DNA from: the human T2T-CHM13v2.0 reference genome, Homo sapiens
NCBI RefSeq assembly: GCF_009914755.1
Contig: NC_060928.1
Strand: one strand, 5' to 3'
Length of the DNA stretch: 64,000 bases
Numbering within the stretch: the stretch's first letter is position 1; each line of letters opens with the position of its first letter. Below, one piece after another: positions 50,661 to 64,000 of this stretch. Both the position numbers and the translations under genes were made by a program. A model generated the notes under the pieces. The model was given only the letters and a program-made list of their open reading frames with translations. It was not told the origin of the DNA and did no database searches.

Positions 50661-53600
50661 GATAAAAAAATCTGCAATATAGAAGCTTGTCCGATACTGT
50701 CTAATGCAAGAAAATATATTTAATCATTATTTATAATCAAGATAGGAAATTATTTGGTGATAGTATAGTATTGCATCAACTATGGTAGAAAATGTCTTTG
50801 TTTTACTAAAGTTTACAATCTAAGACTAACAGTAATGACAGAACACAATATTAACACATGATACTTACAAACCATTTCTACAATTCTTCTTATCTAATAT
50901 TGTTCCAGAGACTTCTGGCCATCTTATATATGAATCAAATGGATACAAATATTTAATCACCTAAGACCAAAAATCCAATATTCATGGTTACAATGGGGGA
51001 ATCCCAGACTAAGTGGTTTTTAGTTATTTTACACATACACAGTCTCATTTTAAGAGCTATTTCTTCTTTTAAATTAGTGCTTAGTTCATTAAACAAGAAA
51101 CTGTTTAAAATCTGTACTTCACTCAATCATAACCATGATATTGATTTTTTTAAGAACTCTAAATGTCAAATAATTTTTAAAAAGAAGAGATGTAAGAGCT
51201 AACCTACTTTAACCTCACCTCACACACATAACAGAGGGAGAAACTAATGGCTAATATGGTTAAAGGTTTTGTATTTCAAAACAAATTAGGAGCAGCAGAA
51301 CCAGGACTTGAATAATTCCCAAATTTCCCAATTTCACACATTTATAAACTTGTTAGTGTCATTTAAGCTCCTTTGATTTTTTAAATCAACATTTTAAATT
51401 GGTGTAAAGAAACTCCTTCATCTTTAAAGGAGGATTACTCTACGGTTACCTTTGAATGGACTTCGTTCTAATTCTTTATTTCATCAGGAGACTAGACAAC
51501 TCTCAATGTAATGATGAACCTTCTAGGTTGACGAATCCTTTTTTAATTTTTTAAATTGTTAGAAATAGTTTTACATCTAATTTATAGCTTTAACAAATCA
51601 CTCATGAATTTCTGAGACATAAATACATTCAAGTATTTCTTAGCTTTCATAACTGACTATAGTGTTAATAAAACAACACTGAATTTTTCTTTCTTCTTGC
51701 TTAGTCGACAAAATAGATAAATAAATAAGCATTTACACAGGCATTTGGGCAAATGGATAATTTGGGTTTCTCTGTGCGTATGTATGTATGTGTGTGTGTA
51801 CGTATGTGTGTGTATGTTTGCAAGCACATAAAACATCAATGTGGAGTTCATTGTTAAGGCATCTAGTAGGTTTTTCTATATCTATTCATGGAACTCATTT
51901 GACAACCAGAAAATGAGACTGTATTTTTATTTATTGTATTTATTTTGAGAATAAATTTGATCTAGTTTGCTAAGTTGAGGCCAATCTCTTACTCAAAATG
52001 TAAATTTTTTTTCTGCATACCTTTGGATTGAATCCGTTTCAGAAGCATCACATCAGTTGTCAAAATAATATTTATGCAATGGAAGGCATAAAATCCCAGA
52101 AAATAAAAGAACAGATTGTTTAACAGCAATATTCCCTATACAGCAGAATATGACATTAGGTAATAAAACAGTCTTCCATTCTGTGACTCCTCACCATGTG
52201 ATCTCAGTATGCCTGAGAGTGAAGCAGGCATTTATTACTACATATGTCCTCTGATACTCTGGGATTATCACTTAATTAACTTGGTATAAATAGACTGAAC
52301 AAGTGGTGTAAATCCCAGTAGACACAACACTTAGAATTCTATAATGGATCTCAAAAGAAATCCTAGAAAATGAACTAACAAGAAATAGAGAAGTGACACA
52401 TGTTTCAGATCAGAATCTGAGTTTATAATAAACACATTTTAATTTTTCTGCACATCTTTTTCAGCGCGGGTTGGCACATTTAAAAGTTATAAATAGAAAG
52501 ACAGACATCCATTGAACTATTATAGGACCTTCTTCATGCTTCTTAGTTTGGGGAAATATTAAAGGATTGGAGATTAATTTAAATTCCAGATGCAATTTTA
52601 AGTGTTTGATTAGGGTAGAATTTAAGAGAAATCAACAAAACCATTAGTCGATGATGGAGATGTATTTTTATATTTTAGGCAGTAAAAAGCAAGTATGCTT
52701 TATTTGTTATAAAAGTATAAGAAAGATATATGTTAATTAAGGTGATTAAGCTTTGTTATTTTTTAAAGCTCTACACAAAAGTGAACTTAAACCTATTAAT
52801 CAAATCTCTTTGTGACCATTTAGGAATCTGACTCAACATTTTTTGAAAGGGCTCTGCATAGAATATTTTAGAAATTGATTAGGTCAGACCAAAGAATAGT
52901 ATCTAGATGTTTTAACCTAAATTGCATCTAAAAGCAAGCATTAAAACCCCCGAGAAACTATAATGCAATTTTAGCAAAACTATATCTTAGACACATGTTA
53001 CAGCAGTAACTTTTCCAGGACTATTGTTAGTAGACATTTCTAAATGGAAATAAATATTTATGTCAAATTTTATCAAAGGTACACTGGACATTTTATAGTT
53101 TAATACATTTTTAAAGCATATAAAGAATAGCATACTGATGTATAATTTTGCTAACCCTTACCATAATTATTTTAGAACTCAAATGACAAATACATTTGTA
53201 TTTGCCTCTAAAGCCAAAAAGGTGGCTAATAAATGAAGCCTTTAGTAAGAGGCATCTCAATTTGATGGAAGTCACTTATGCATCCTTACAGTGCCTCAAA
53301 TATAGATCAATTGGCTATATTAAAGTCTATTATGCAGAAATTTTTTTTCAATGATACTAAAAGAACTCATTTATAAAACTGAAACTGTGATGCTTTACTA
53401 AGAGATTCTGAGAGTCTGTTTTGCTTGATCAAAACTTTCCGTTTGCTGAGAGATATGAACTGTGGAGAACCATCTATTTCAACAGCTGTTTGTATGTATT
53501 CTTTCCAATGATCACAGGCTTTTGTTTGAAGTGACTGCACGGTCATCATTAATGAGTGACATCACAAAATTTTTCTGGTAACATGAAAAATTAAGAAATG

Positions 53601-54245
53601 GCAAAATGCTGCTTAGATTTTTTTCTAGAATATTTAATAGGAATTATCTTCACATTTATGGATTTTGATGCTCTCTCATTTTCCCATATCTTATTTATTG
53701 ACTTATATGTGTAAGTAAAAATAAGATTGGTTTTATAAGGATATTTAAATTACTAACATAGTAAATATTTAGTGTTAGTTTTTATTCTTATGTCTCCCTT
53801 CTCAAGTGCATTAGAAGTATGTAGGGGAGTGTTGCCTATAGAAAACGTCACTTTATATGAGAAGTGACTTAAGGAATCAGCTTGTGATAGGGAGGAGAAT
53901 GGAGACAAACCAGTGGCAATTCTCAGTTGGAATTCATGACCACAGGCAGGCATGTCTGGAAGAGAGAATCTGATAGCCAGTAAGATCTCTTGAATGCTGA
54001 GGACAAACCAAGGACCTGGTCCTGCACCTAGAATACAGACAAGATCTCTAAAGGCACTGAAATATTAATAGTGTTCTTTTATAGTAGGTTTTTGGACCCT
54101 ATACCTCTGCAGTTACTAACCCTGAAAGTTAACCAAATTAACTACGGTATATAGATTCAGACCTGCCACTGAGACATGTACAGTCTTGATTATTGGCAGA
54201 CAATATGTGGCTTTCATAAACCTTCAATCCTCTCTATGTCAACTT

Positions 54246-55127
54246 TCTTTTTAACTTTTATTTTAGATTTGGGGTAATTTTGCACATGTTATACAGGTAA
54301 ACTACATGTTACTGAGGTTTGGTGTACAGATTATTTCATCACTCAACTAATAAGCATAGTACCCCATTACCTAATATGTAGTTTTTCCATCCTCACCCTC
54401 CTCCCACCTTCCACCCTCAAGTAGGCCCTCATGTCTGTTGTTCCCTTCTTTGTGTACTCAACGTTCAGCTCTCACTTATAAGTGAGAACATGTAGTATTT
54501 GGTTTTCTGTTCCTGTGTTAGTTTGTGAAGGATAACGGTCTCCAGCTCTCTCCATGTTGCTGCAAAGGACATGATCTCATTATTTTTATGGTTGCATAGT
54601 ATTCCGTGGTGTATATGTACCACACTTTCTTTATCCAGTCTACGTTCGTATGTATTTAGGCTGATTCCATGCATTTGCTCTTGTGAATAGTGCTGTGATG
54701 AACACATGCGTGCATGTATCTTTATGGTAGAATGATTTATATTCCTCTGGGTATATACCCAATAATGAGATTGCTGAGTCAAACGGTAATTTTGTTTTAA
54801 GTTCTTTGAGGTATTGTCACACTGCTCTCCACAAGGTCTAAACTAATTTACACTCCCACCAGCAGTGTATAAGCATTCCCTTTTCTCCGCAACCTCACCA
54901 GCATCTGTTATTTTTTGACTTTTAAATGATAGCTATTCTGACTGGTGTGAGATGGTATCTCATTGTTGTTTCAATTCATATCTCTAATGATTAGTGATGT
55001 TGAACATTTTTTCATCTGTTTGTTGGCCATTTGTATATCTTCTTTTGAAAAGCATCTGTACATGTCCTTTGCCCACTTTTTAATGGGGGTGGTTTATTTT
55101 TTGCTTGTAAATTTGTTTAAGTTCTTC
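54246..55127 (-). mobile_element. 5'-truncated L1PA (L1PA13-like)
   Basis: ttaacttttattttagatttgggg...ccaccctcaagtaggccc...ctcacttataagtgagaacatg; ORF2 C-terminal remnants. Confidence 0.92.
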
Positions 55128-55264
55128 TTGTGAATTTTATTTCTTCTCTGGAGGTGTCTTTTATTTTCTAGATCCCCAATATTCCACTGGTGATTCCACC
55201 TATTTTTCTGACAATTTGAAATTTAACAAATTGTCTCCACTCCTAAATTTGAATATAAACTTAG

Positions 55265-55587
55265 GGTTGGGCGTGGTGGCTCACTCCTGTAATCCCAGCA
55301 CTTTGGGAGGCTAAGGCAGGCAGATCAACTGAGGTCAGGATATCGAGACCAGACTGGCCAACATGGCAAAACTGTCTGTACTAAAACTACAAAAATTAGC
55401 CGGGCATGGTGGCATATACCTGTAGTCCCAGCTGCTCAGGAGGCTAAGGCAGGAGAATCTCTCGAACCTGGGAGGCGGAGGTTGCAGTGAACTGGGAGCA
55501 CGCCATTGCATTGCACTCCAGCCTGGGCAACAAGAGGGAAACTGTCTCAAAAAAAAAAAAAAAGAAAGAAAGAAAGAAAGAAAGAAA
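55265..55587 (+). mobile_element. AluSq/Sx-like SINE with (GAAA)n tail
   Basis: gggcgtggtggctcactcctgtaatcccagc...gggcaacaagagggaaactgtctc; internal cattg duplication. Confidence 0.95.
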
Positions 55588-56695
55588 TAACACAGAGAGT
55601 TGATGGGACATATATCATCTAGTTATTTTTCTGTAAATACAAACTGTTTCATCAATGAACTTGAAAATTGACCACTCAGTAAGTTGTTTGCCATTAAATA
55701 AGTTAACTCTTCATCATGTACCTATTTCTCATTACACTGTTTATAAGTGTACATTTTAATAACAAGATTATAATACCCATATATTACAATTAAATGATTT
55801 TTTGAGGTCTTGAGAGGTACTAATTAATTATATTTCTCTCTTTTATGTTTTGAACCAATTAAAAAATAGACATAGGTATAAAAATTTAAACAATATATTA
55901 TTTTATTTCTGTTTAACCTGGATTGAATAAACAGCCTGAATTAAGGTTTCAAATGTGTGGTCTGCAGTTCTAGCCCGTGAACTCTACCTAACCTTTACAC
56001 TGCAGATGGGGCAACTGTTGAGAGACAGAGAGAAAAACAAACAAACAAACAAGTAGTAGGCCAATGTGTGAGTACTGTTCTCTAATGAGTTAACTCAACC
56101 AATAGGATAGTCAATGAATACAAATGTTTCTCTCTTATGGTAAAATAAATGAGAAAAATATGCAGAATTCTTGAAAATAATAGCTTATTACTGCTTCTGC
56201 TTGGAGAATGAAATGGCCCTCTATATGTAGAAAGATAACCAAGGGAAAATAATGTTTCCTCAATAAATTTGTTGAGAAACTAAAATAGTTCAAGTGGGAT
56301 GTATTATAAGTAAGACATGAGATCATATTCTAAGAAAAAGTAGACTGAGGGATAATAGAGTTTGAGAAACTTACAAAGTGAAACTGCTAAAAAATAAATT
56401 GATCTTCTTAGTTGTAATGCACACAGTTGTGACGAAGTTTGATTGTTAGAAAGAGTAGCAGGTGGCATTATGTTACCTGGGAGGTCCATAGAGTTATGAA
56501 AAGCCAGAAACATGTCAAGAAGTATTTAAGTAAGAATGACAGTGAGAAAAACAGAAGGAATAGACTATAGCCATTAATGCAGTAACAGGGGATGCATTCC
56601 TATAAATTAGTGCAATGGCAAGATGTAATTGGACCCAGATATTTAATGTGAAATAAGTAGCAACCACTCATACAAACTGCAAATAGAAAAAGCTA

Positions 56696-57050
<355 letters not shown>

Positions 57051-59029
57051 TCATACTAGACCTGAGGAATCCATCCCAAGAAATCTAGCAGTTTAAAATT
57101 CTTTTGGTTCAAACTTTGTCCTATGGTCTGGCAGGCTTCATTGTCAGCTCACCAAGATTATATTCAACCCTCTGGGAATACTTAAGTTAAACAAAGAAAA
57201 TATAAAATTAAAAAAAGTAAATTGTCTGGTTTAGATGAGAACTATGGCGAATATAACCATATAGCTATGTCTTTCAGTCAAGGCATTTTTTCCATGATAT
57301 AGGAAGTCACATTATCATTAGTAGGTTGGTTGTCTGGTGAGAAAGAAGGAATTAGAGAACTCAATATTTAATGACATCAAATAAAAACTGTCTGACACTT
57401 ACCTCTCCTGAGTATTGAGATAGGGAGTAGAACCAGGTTCTAAGAAGGCCAGATTTTGAATCAGGGCATTGTCCATATTTGTCTTTGTAATATCTCTCCA
57501 TATTTTAAACAAGTATGCTTTTACCTATCATGAACTCATTTTAAAATTTAACACTAAAGACCACTTTATTTTCTTTAATTTTTTATCTGAGATTTGTGAA
57601 GACTTATACAAATTATTAGAACACTGAAAAATTCCTATCTAGACTTATTAATTTATTTTATAAGTTAAGAAAATGAAAGGGAGAATATTCTTCTAATCCT
57701 GTTTGAACACAAAAGAATTGATTCATAAACTGGAACTCTTAACTCTCCCTTCTAGAAAAATACCTGATACCTTACATTGTATTGAATCATGTGAAAGATA
57801 TCAGATTGCCTCCATAGCCAGAGCTTCTCAAAGAGGAAATGGATAAAGAGTTAAGACACAAGCAATAAATAATTAAATTATTGTAATTCTAAATTATCTA
57901 AAAGGGGAAGAAATGGGAAAGTATGTGAAAACCAAACTGACTGCTCATGAATTCACATCTTTGGGATACTTAGAACAAATAAAAGGAGAATAAATACTGT
58001 ATTTGCCTAAGTTGGGGAAATTTAAGGTTTAAACCAAGTTACCAAGAACAGAATTGTAGGCAGAGGAAAGCTAATCCCTGAAGGTAACAGAGGCAAAAGT
58101 GGCCCTGCCATTGTGTCTGCCCTGCTAGGTTTGCTTTCCTCAATCAGATGCCTTATCTGGGGGCATAGTGGGAGGCATAGGTTATGAAATGCAAGTATCC
58201 TATAGGCATTTACAATTAATGTAGTCAGAAAGCCCAATACTGATTTGCCTGGGTAAGATACCTGATTCTCAAAAAGCAATGACCTAAACCCATGTCTCCT
58301 AGAAGCATTTTGACTACAGATTGATCAGCCAAATGGAGGGTTAGTTTAAACTCAGTCTCCCTTTAGATAATTTTGTAGCTATATTGAGGCCTATTGTTTT
58401 AGTTGATGTTATATTATTTTGAATTATTAACATCCTTCTAACATTTTAAGGATTAGTCCATACATATAGAAGTATCTTCTCATTTATGTTTGCATTTCTA
58501 ATGTACATATATAAAAGTTATAGAATTTTCTGTTTTCTTCTTGCAATTGTATTTTTTGATCTTTTAAAAATATTGGAGACACTTTTACTTCTTTAAAGAC
58601 CTTTTATAAAAATATATTTTATTTCTAGTATTACATACTTAACGAAGGTTTATAGCAGGTCTTATAAATTTTATTCACTGCATTTATGTCTTTGCTCTTG
58701 CTGTTTTATTCCACTGTGCTTGTGCTTGTGCTTGTGTTCACTCCATGCATTAAACAATATTCAGAAATGAATATTGGTATTCATAACACAAGTGAATGCC
58801 AATATTCATTTGTGTTAGTGTTTTCTTGGGTATTGATATTCTGATGGGAAAAAATGAACAAAGGGGATTTGATGAATCAGAATGTTATTGAACTCCATTA
58901 AATCTTATTTTTCAAGATAATTTCATAAAATGCAAATGAGATAAATGTCTTCTATGTTTATGCCTTGTTTAGTTCAATGTTCTGTTACTGGCATCTTACC
59001 TAATGCACTTTCTTTCCACTCCCTAGAAG

Positions 59030-59048
59030 ATATATATATATATATATA
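59030..59048. repeat. (TA)9 microsatellite
   Basis: Read directly. Confidence 0.9.
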
Positions 59049-60389
59049 GCCTTCTACACATTATACATTTATCATCATATTGTTTACTTTAGTAATACAT
59101 AACATGACAATGTCCCCCCTAGGTGGCAAACTCTGCTTCCCTGTTCTTGGGATGATCCTTCTCACAATATTTGTTCAATTAGTAAAATTGAGGTTACTAA
59201 TCTGTATTTTTCTGACTATATATTTTTTCCCTCTCAGTAAAGTCAGGATGGTATTGTTTTGGTATCTCTCCCCCTCCCCAGTTGAGAGCAGGTTCTGGTC
59301 TGTTTGCTTGAACCCCAAAACTTTCACTCAAATAACTACTTCTTAAACAACTTCTTGTATGTCCAGAGCTGTATTTATTACATCATTTCCTGACTAAATA
59401 CCAGTATCTTTGTTAGAAATGATGTAAAGAATTACATTTGGTAGTTATGAATTCTTTATGCCATCAGGTTTATCCCTCACTATAAACCTATCACCCAGCA
59501 CTTTGACCAATGCCTGGAGATAGTAGAACATTTGTAAGTACATTTTGGTTGAATGAATTATAACCTCTTGTCATCATCTGTCACCAACAATAGTTCTATA
59601 ATTCCTTGTTACCTTATCCCAGTTCCAAAATGACCAATCCCCATATCTTTTTTTTGTCCTTAGTTTCAAGCTTTAATCTTTTTGACAAACTTTCATTAGA
59701 ACAACACTGCTCTGAAATTTTAAAGCTATGTACCCATATCTCCCTCTTATACATATATTTTTTAATAGATTTTACTACAGAAATTTGCCTAGATTGCCTT
59801 GCCTCTGATAGTGCTACTTAGAAACATTGAGTGGTTTGGCAAAGGATCTATATTTATTGCCATTCTAGAAAGGGCTAAACATAGCTAAAAGCTGTAGATG
59901 TGCATGTGAGGGGCAAAGGATAACGTAATAACCTCATATTGCTCTCACTCTATTTTGTCCATATCCCAGAGGAAAACATGGCATGATCCACAGAAGGTTA
60001 GACTTTCACTGGGCCAAACCAATCTGCAGGACATATATCAAAACACCCCATATTTTAAAGTTTTCTAACCCTAAAGCGCTATTGGATTTGTACCAGATTG
60101 GCTCAACTGAATGCATTATCCAGAAAAGATTGTTCTGCTTTATTCATGTTTGTGCTTCCCAGCCAACCCCAAGAAGTGCCATGTTTTGTAGCTCTTCTTG
60201 ATTTGGTACTGATATGTCAGTCAGTTCTTCCCCTCTCCCCGTTGGCTGACGTGACTCTTTCTGATAATAATCTCTGAAAGTCTTCCTTTTACAATGACTC
60301 ATTCCAAAACAAAACTCAAATACAGGTGGCCCGATGCAGAAAATTCATTTTTATCCCATTTATTATCAATTTGCCACAGGATCAAATAG

Positions 60390-61100
<711 letters not shown>

Positions 61101-61149
61101 TATAACTGTCAACATTTTACTTGGACATTTACTTGAATGCAAGACTGAG

Positions 61150-61368
61150 TAATTCATTGTCCAATAAGTACAATGCCTGGGGCCCACAATGGATGCCGGG
61201 GCCATAAATAGTTTAATTTCTTTTAAATAAGAAGAACAAATAAATTTTTAGGTCAAATAAAATGTTTTAATATATATCACTAATATATTCATCTTTTATA
61301 TCAGTGAGATTGTGAACCATAAATTTTAATGTAAAGGAAGGGTCCCACGGAAGTCATAATACAGTCTT
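61150..61368. mobile_element. ORSL-like hAT-Tip100 DNA transposon relic
   Basis: caatgcctggggcccacaat...tttaatttcttttaaa...ttttaggtc...aaaatgttttaatatata...ggaagggtcccacggaagtcataat matches my recollection of ORSL. Confidence 0.6.
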
Positions 61369-64000
61369 AGCCACATAAGTGTAGCATGTCAGCACACAAG
61401 AAAGGGAAGTGCATTCAAGGTGAAAGCAACAGTATATGCTTTCATCATGGGAGAGATGAACCACCTATCCTGTTCACCCCATTTCAAAGGAATAGATATC
61501 CTCACTCTTGAATTCCCAAGTGGTGCTAAAATCATTATGTGCATGAACAGACATCTGCAGTGAGGATACTCACATTAATTTATTCTAAGACTATTTCCAA
61601 TAAACTGGACGTAGTAAAAGGATTTTCCTAGGGATGCCAATGAAAATAATGCAGCAACAGAATTTTAACAGTTTTTCTTCCTATTTTTCAAAATGACAGA
61701 TCAATATTTCCAAAAGATAGGTATGTCTTTCTTAAGGCTAACCCTGTGTTCTATAAATATGGTGCCACAGCACACAACACACACCCATTCATTTCTGCTT
61801 TCTGACACCTTTTCCAAACTAGTATATTTGATAAGTGGATATCTCTGTATTTTTGCTGTCAAATACCTTTATTTGCCAGCTGGTTAGAAAAGAAGGAGGC
61901 AAAGGCCAATGTGCTTTTCCCCGGAAACAAATATGTCATAGCACTGATGTTCCACTCCAGTGACCTTGTGGGACTGAGGGATACCAGTCCTTCTCCTTTA
62001 TGGCACTCCCTGTTCAAACACAACCAAAACAGATTTTGTTCTAGATAAATTGAATCAGTCGTCAGAATGGCAATCAAGAATACTATGCCAGAAAATAATT
62101 GAAGTCACAAAAACTTGCCCAGATATTTCCAACAGAGTACTTTAAACATCTTCTTATCATATATCTGCAGACATAAAGGTTTTCTGGCCTTTGTGAGTCC
62201 AAGAGTCTTATTTTAGAGAGCAAACCTACAAAGTCAAATGATCAAAAGAGTCAAAGCTTCTCTGACAGAAACAAATGTGGTTCAAGCATTACTAAACATA
62301 TATGCTGTAATGAAAATGTCTTTTTATAATACACTTTCCCACTCTCAGCTGTGAATTTCCATGGGAATTATTTCCAAAGACAAGCTGCAGGGAAAGCATC
62401 AATTAATCTGCTGAATGAATTTTTGAATCTATTCTCAATGCTGAGACCCCCTCCTGGTGCTTGGTAATTACCCCAATATTTTCTGCACGCTTGTTTAAAC
62501 GGCTTCCTCTTGGGCTTCCTGTGAAGAAGGCCCCTCTCTCTGCTGATCTGAAAGGCAATGTGCCTTATCGTTCTGCCTCATTCCATCTGCAGCTCATAGG
62601 GGGTCTCGCTAATCATTGTCATTGGAACATTGGATGAGCAGTCTGGGGACATAGATAGATGCGACACCAAAGGGGACCATGGACTTTCCAACAGAGTGCT
62701 CATCTTCATAAATGCATCATCCCTCCCAGATTCAAAGCAAGAGATGAACTCCTTTAAAGCAAGGACCTGCACCTTAATTATACAAATGCAGTGATCAAAG
62801 TTATTAGCACTCTTTTCAAAAGCCAGGGATTTAATAGAATGGTGTTTTGTTACTTTTGACAGAAAATATTCGGTCCTCATGAAGAGCAAAAGTAACAGAG
62901 AAAAACACAATAGGGAGAGAAATAAAGCAAGAGGAAAATGAAAATGGTGTTAAACAAAAAATGGTATTTACAGAGAAATACAATTCAAAAAGCAGTTGGT
63001 GCCATAAAAAAGATAAAAGTTGTGAAGTGTTGGGCTGTAAGAGAACTTCTAAGTGTATTCAAATATGACATATTTTTTATTTTTCTTACCTCAAGTAGTA
63101 AGTTTCAAAAGATAAATGTGATCCACAATTTATCCACACATGATTCATCTATAGACAGAAAATAAAGCACAGTGAGGTTTTTTCATATGAAAGAATCCTT
63201 ACACTGGAAATACTTATCTTTTATCTTAAATAAAGATGACTTTCATACTTTTGGCGATTGTGACATGTGTGAATATTTCTTTCTAAATAAGTTAGTTCAC
63301 AGGTTCCTTGAAACTGTCTGAGAGTCATCTGAGGAAAAGCTCTGCTACTTTACTTGGTATGTAATAAGTGGGTGTGTGTAATTTGATTCAGAAAAATAAA
63401 AGATATAATTTAAAGAATGAGCTATGACTATTTAATAACTGAGAAGTATTTGAACAAAATAAAATTAAGTAAAAGATTAAAAGAAAAGAAATCATTCCTT
63501 TTTATCTTAGGAAATAACAATCTCAGTTCAGTTAATTTATTTCCAAGCTACCTGAGTCTCAATATTAAAAGTGTTTTAGATAGCATCTCATTTATAATGA
63601 CATTGACTTCTAGGACATAAACTTGAAATATTATAAGTGCAATTGTTCTTATTATTATCATTCAAACAAAGTAGCATATTTAGAATTACCTTATGTTTAG
63701 AATATTAAGAAAAAATGTTTAGGAAACCTCTATCCATTTTATTTTAATGTAAATATCTATGCATCATAGCTCAAAATTTTACCTGTTAAATAAGCACTTT
63801 AAATCCTGGGGGACTATACTTCATCCTGTACTGGGAGGAGCCAGCCATAAAAACAGGGTGGGGTCTGAAAGCCAGGAAATCAGATAAAATTCAAAGGTGT
63901 ATATTAATCGTTAATGTATCTCCTCTTGTGCTCGCTTGAGAGTCCATTCTAGTCAGAAATCGTCTCTGCCAGTTTACCAAAATGCTTTCATGCTATCAAG

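Noticed and set aside
53820-54110. Moderately GC-rich segments that may be ancient LTRs (also ~43180-43470 and ~58050-58370)
   Set aside because: I could not match them to any family with confidence; they need a Dfam search.

Overview
This is AT-rich, CpG-poor primate nuclear DNA, probably human or another ape, judged from the AluY/AluS/AluJ copies, an LTR12 and a young L1PA 3' end. It looks like a gene desert or a large intron. I see no credible protein-coding exon, tRNA, rRNA or CRISPR array. The ORF track consists of Alu, L1, LTR or microsatellite read-through and chance ORFs. Much of the window is interspersed repeat: about ten Alu dimers and three monomers; several L1s of very different ages; solo LTRs (LTR12, MER52A, MER4A, two MER39-like, MLT1, MLT2); and MER1B, MER5, ORSL-like, MIR and L2 relics. 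Several of these are nested with readable target-site duplications (TSDs). Repeat subfamily names come from my recollection of consensus sequences and need RepeatMasker/Dfam confirmation. The most interesting signals are: three repeat-free, motif-dense blocks that look like conserved enhancers (~9.1-9.65, ~40.9-41.6, ~62.3-62.9 kb); an LTR12 promoter with 7 CCAAT boxes nested in MER1B; a ~114-bp L1PA insertion with a perfect TSD; a 165-bp pure-purine tract with (GGAA)9; a close inverted Alu pair; and several short hairpin or inverted-duplication scars suggestive of template switching. I cannot support a claim of a new biological system from this sequence alone.
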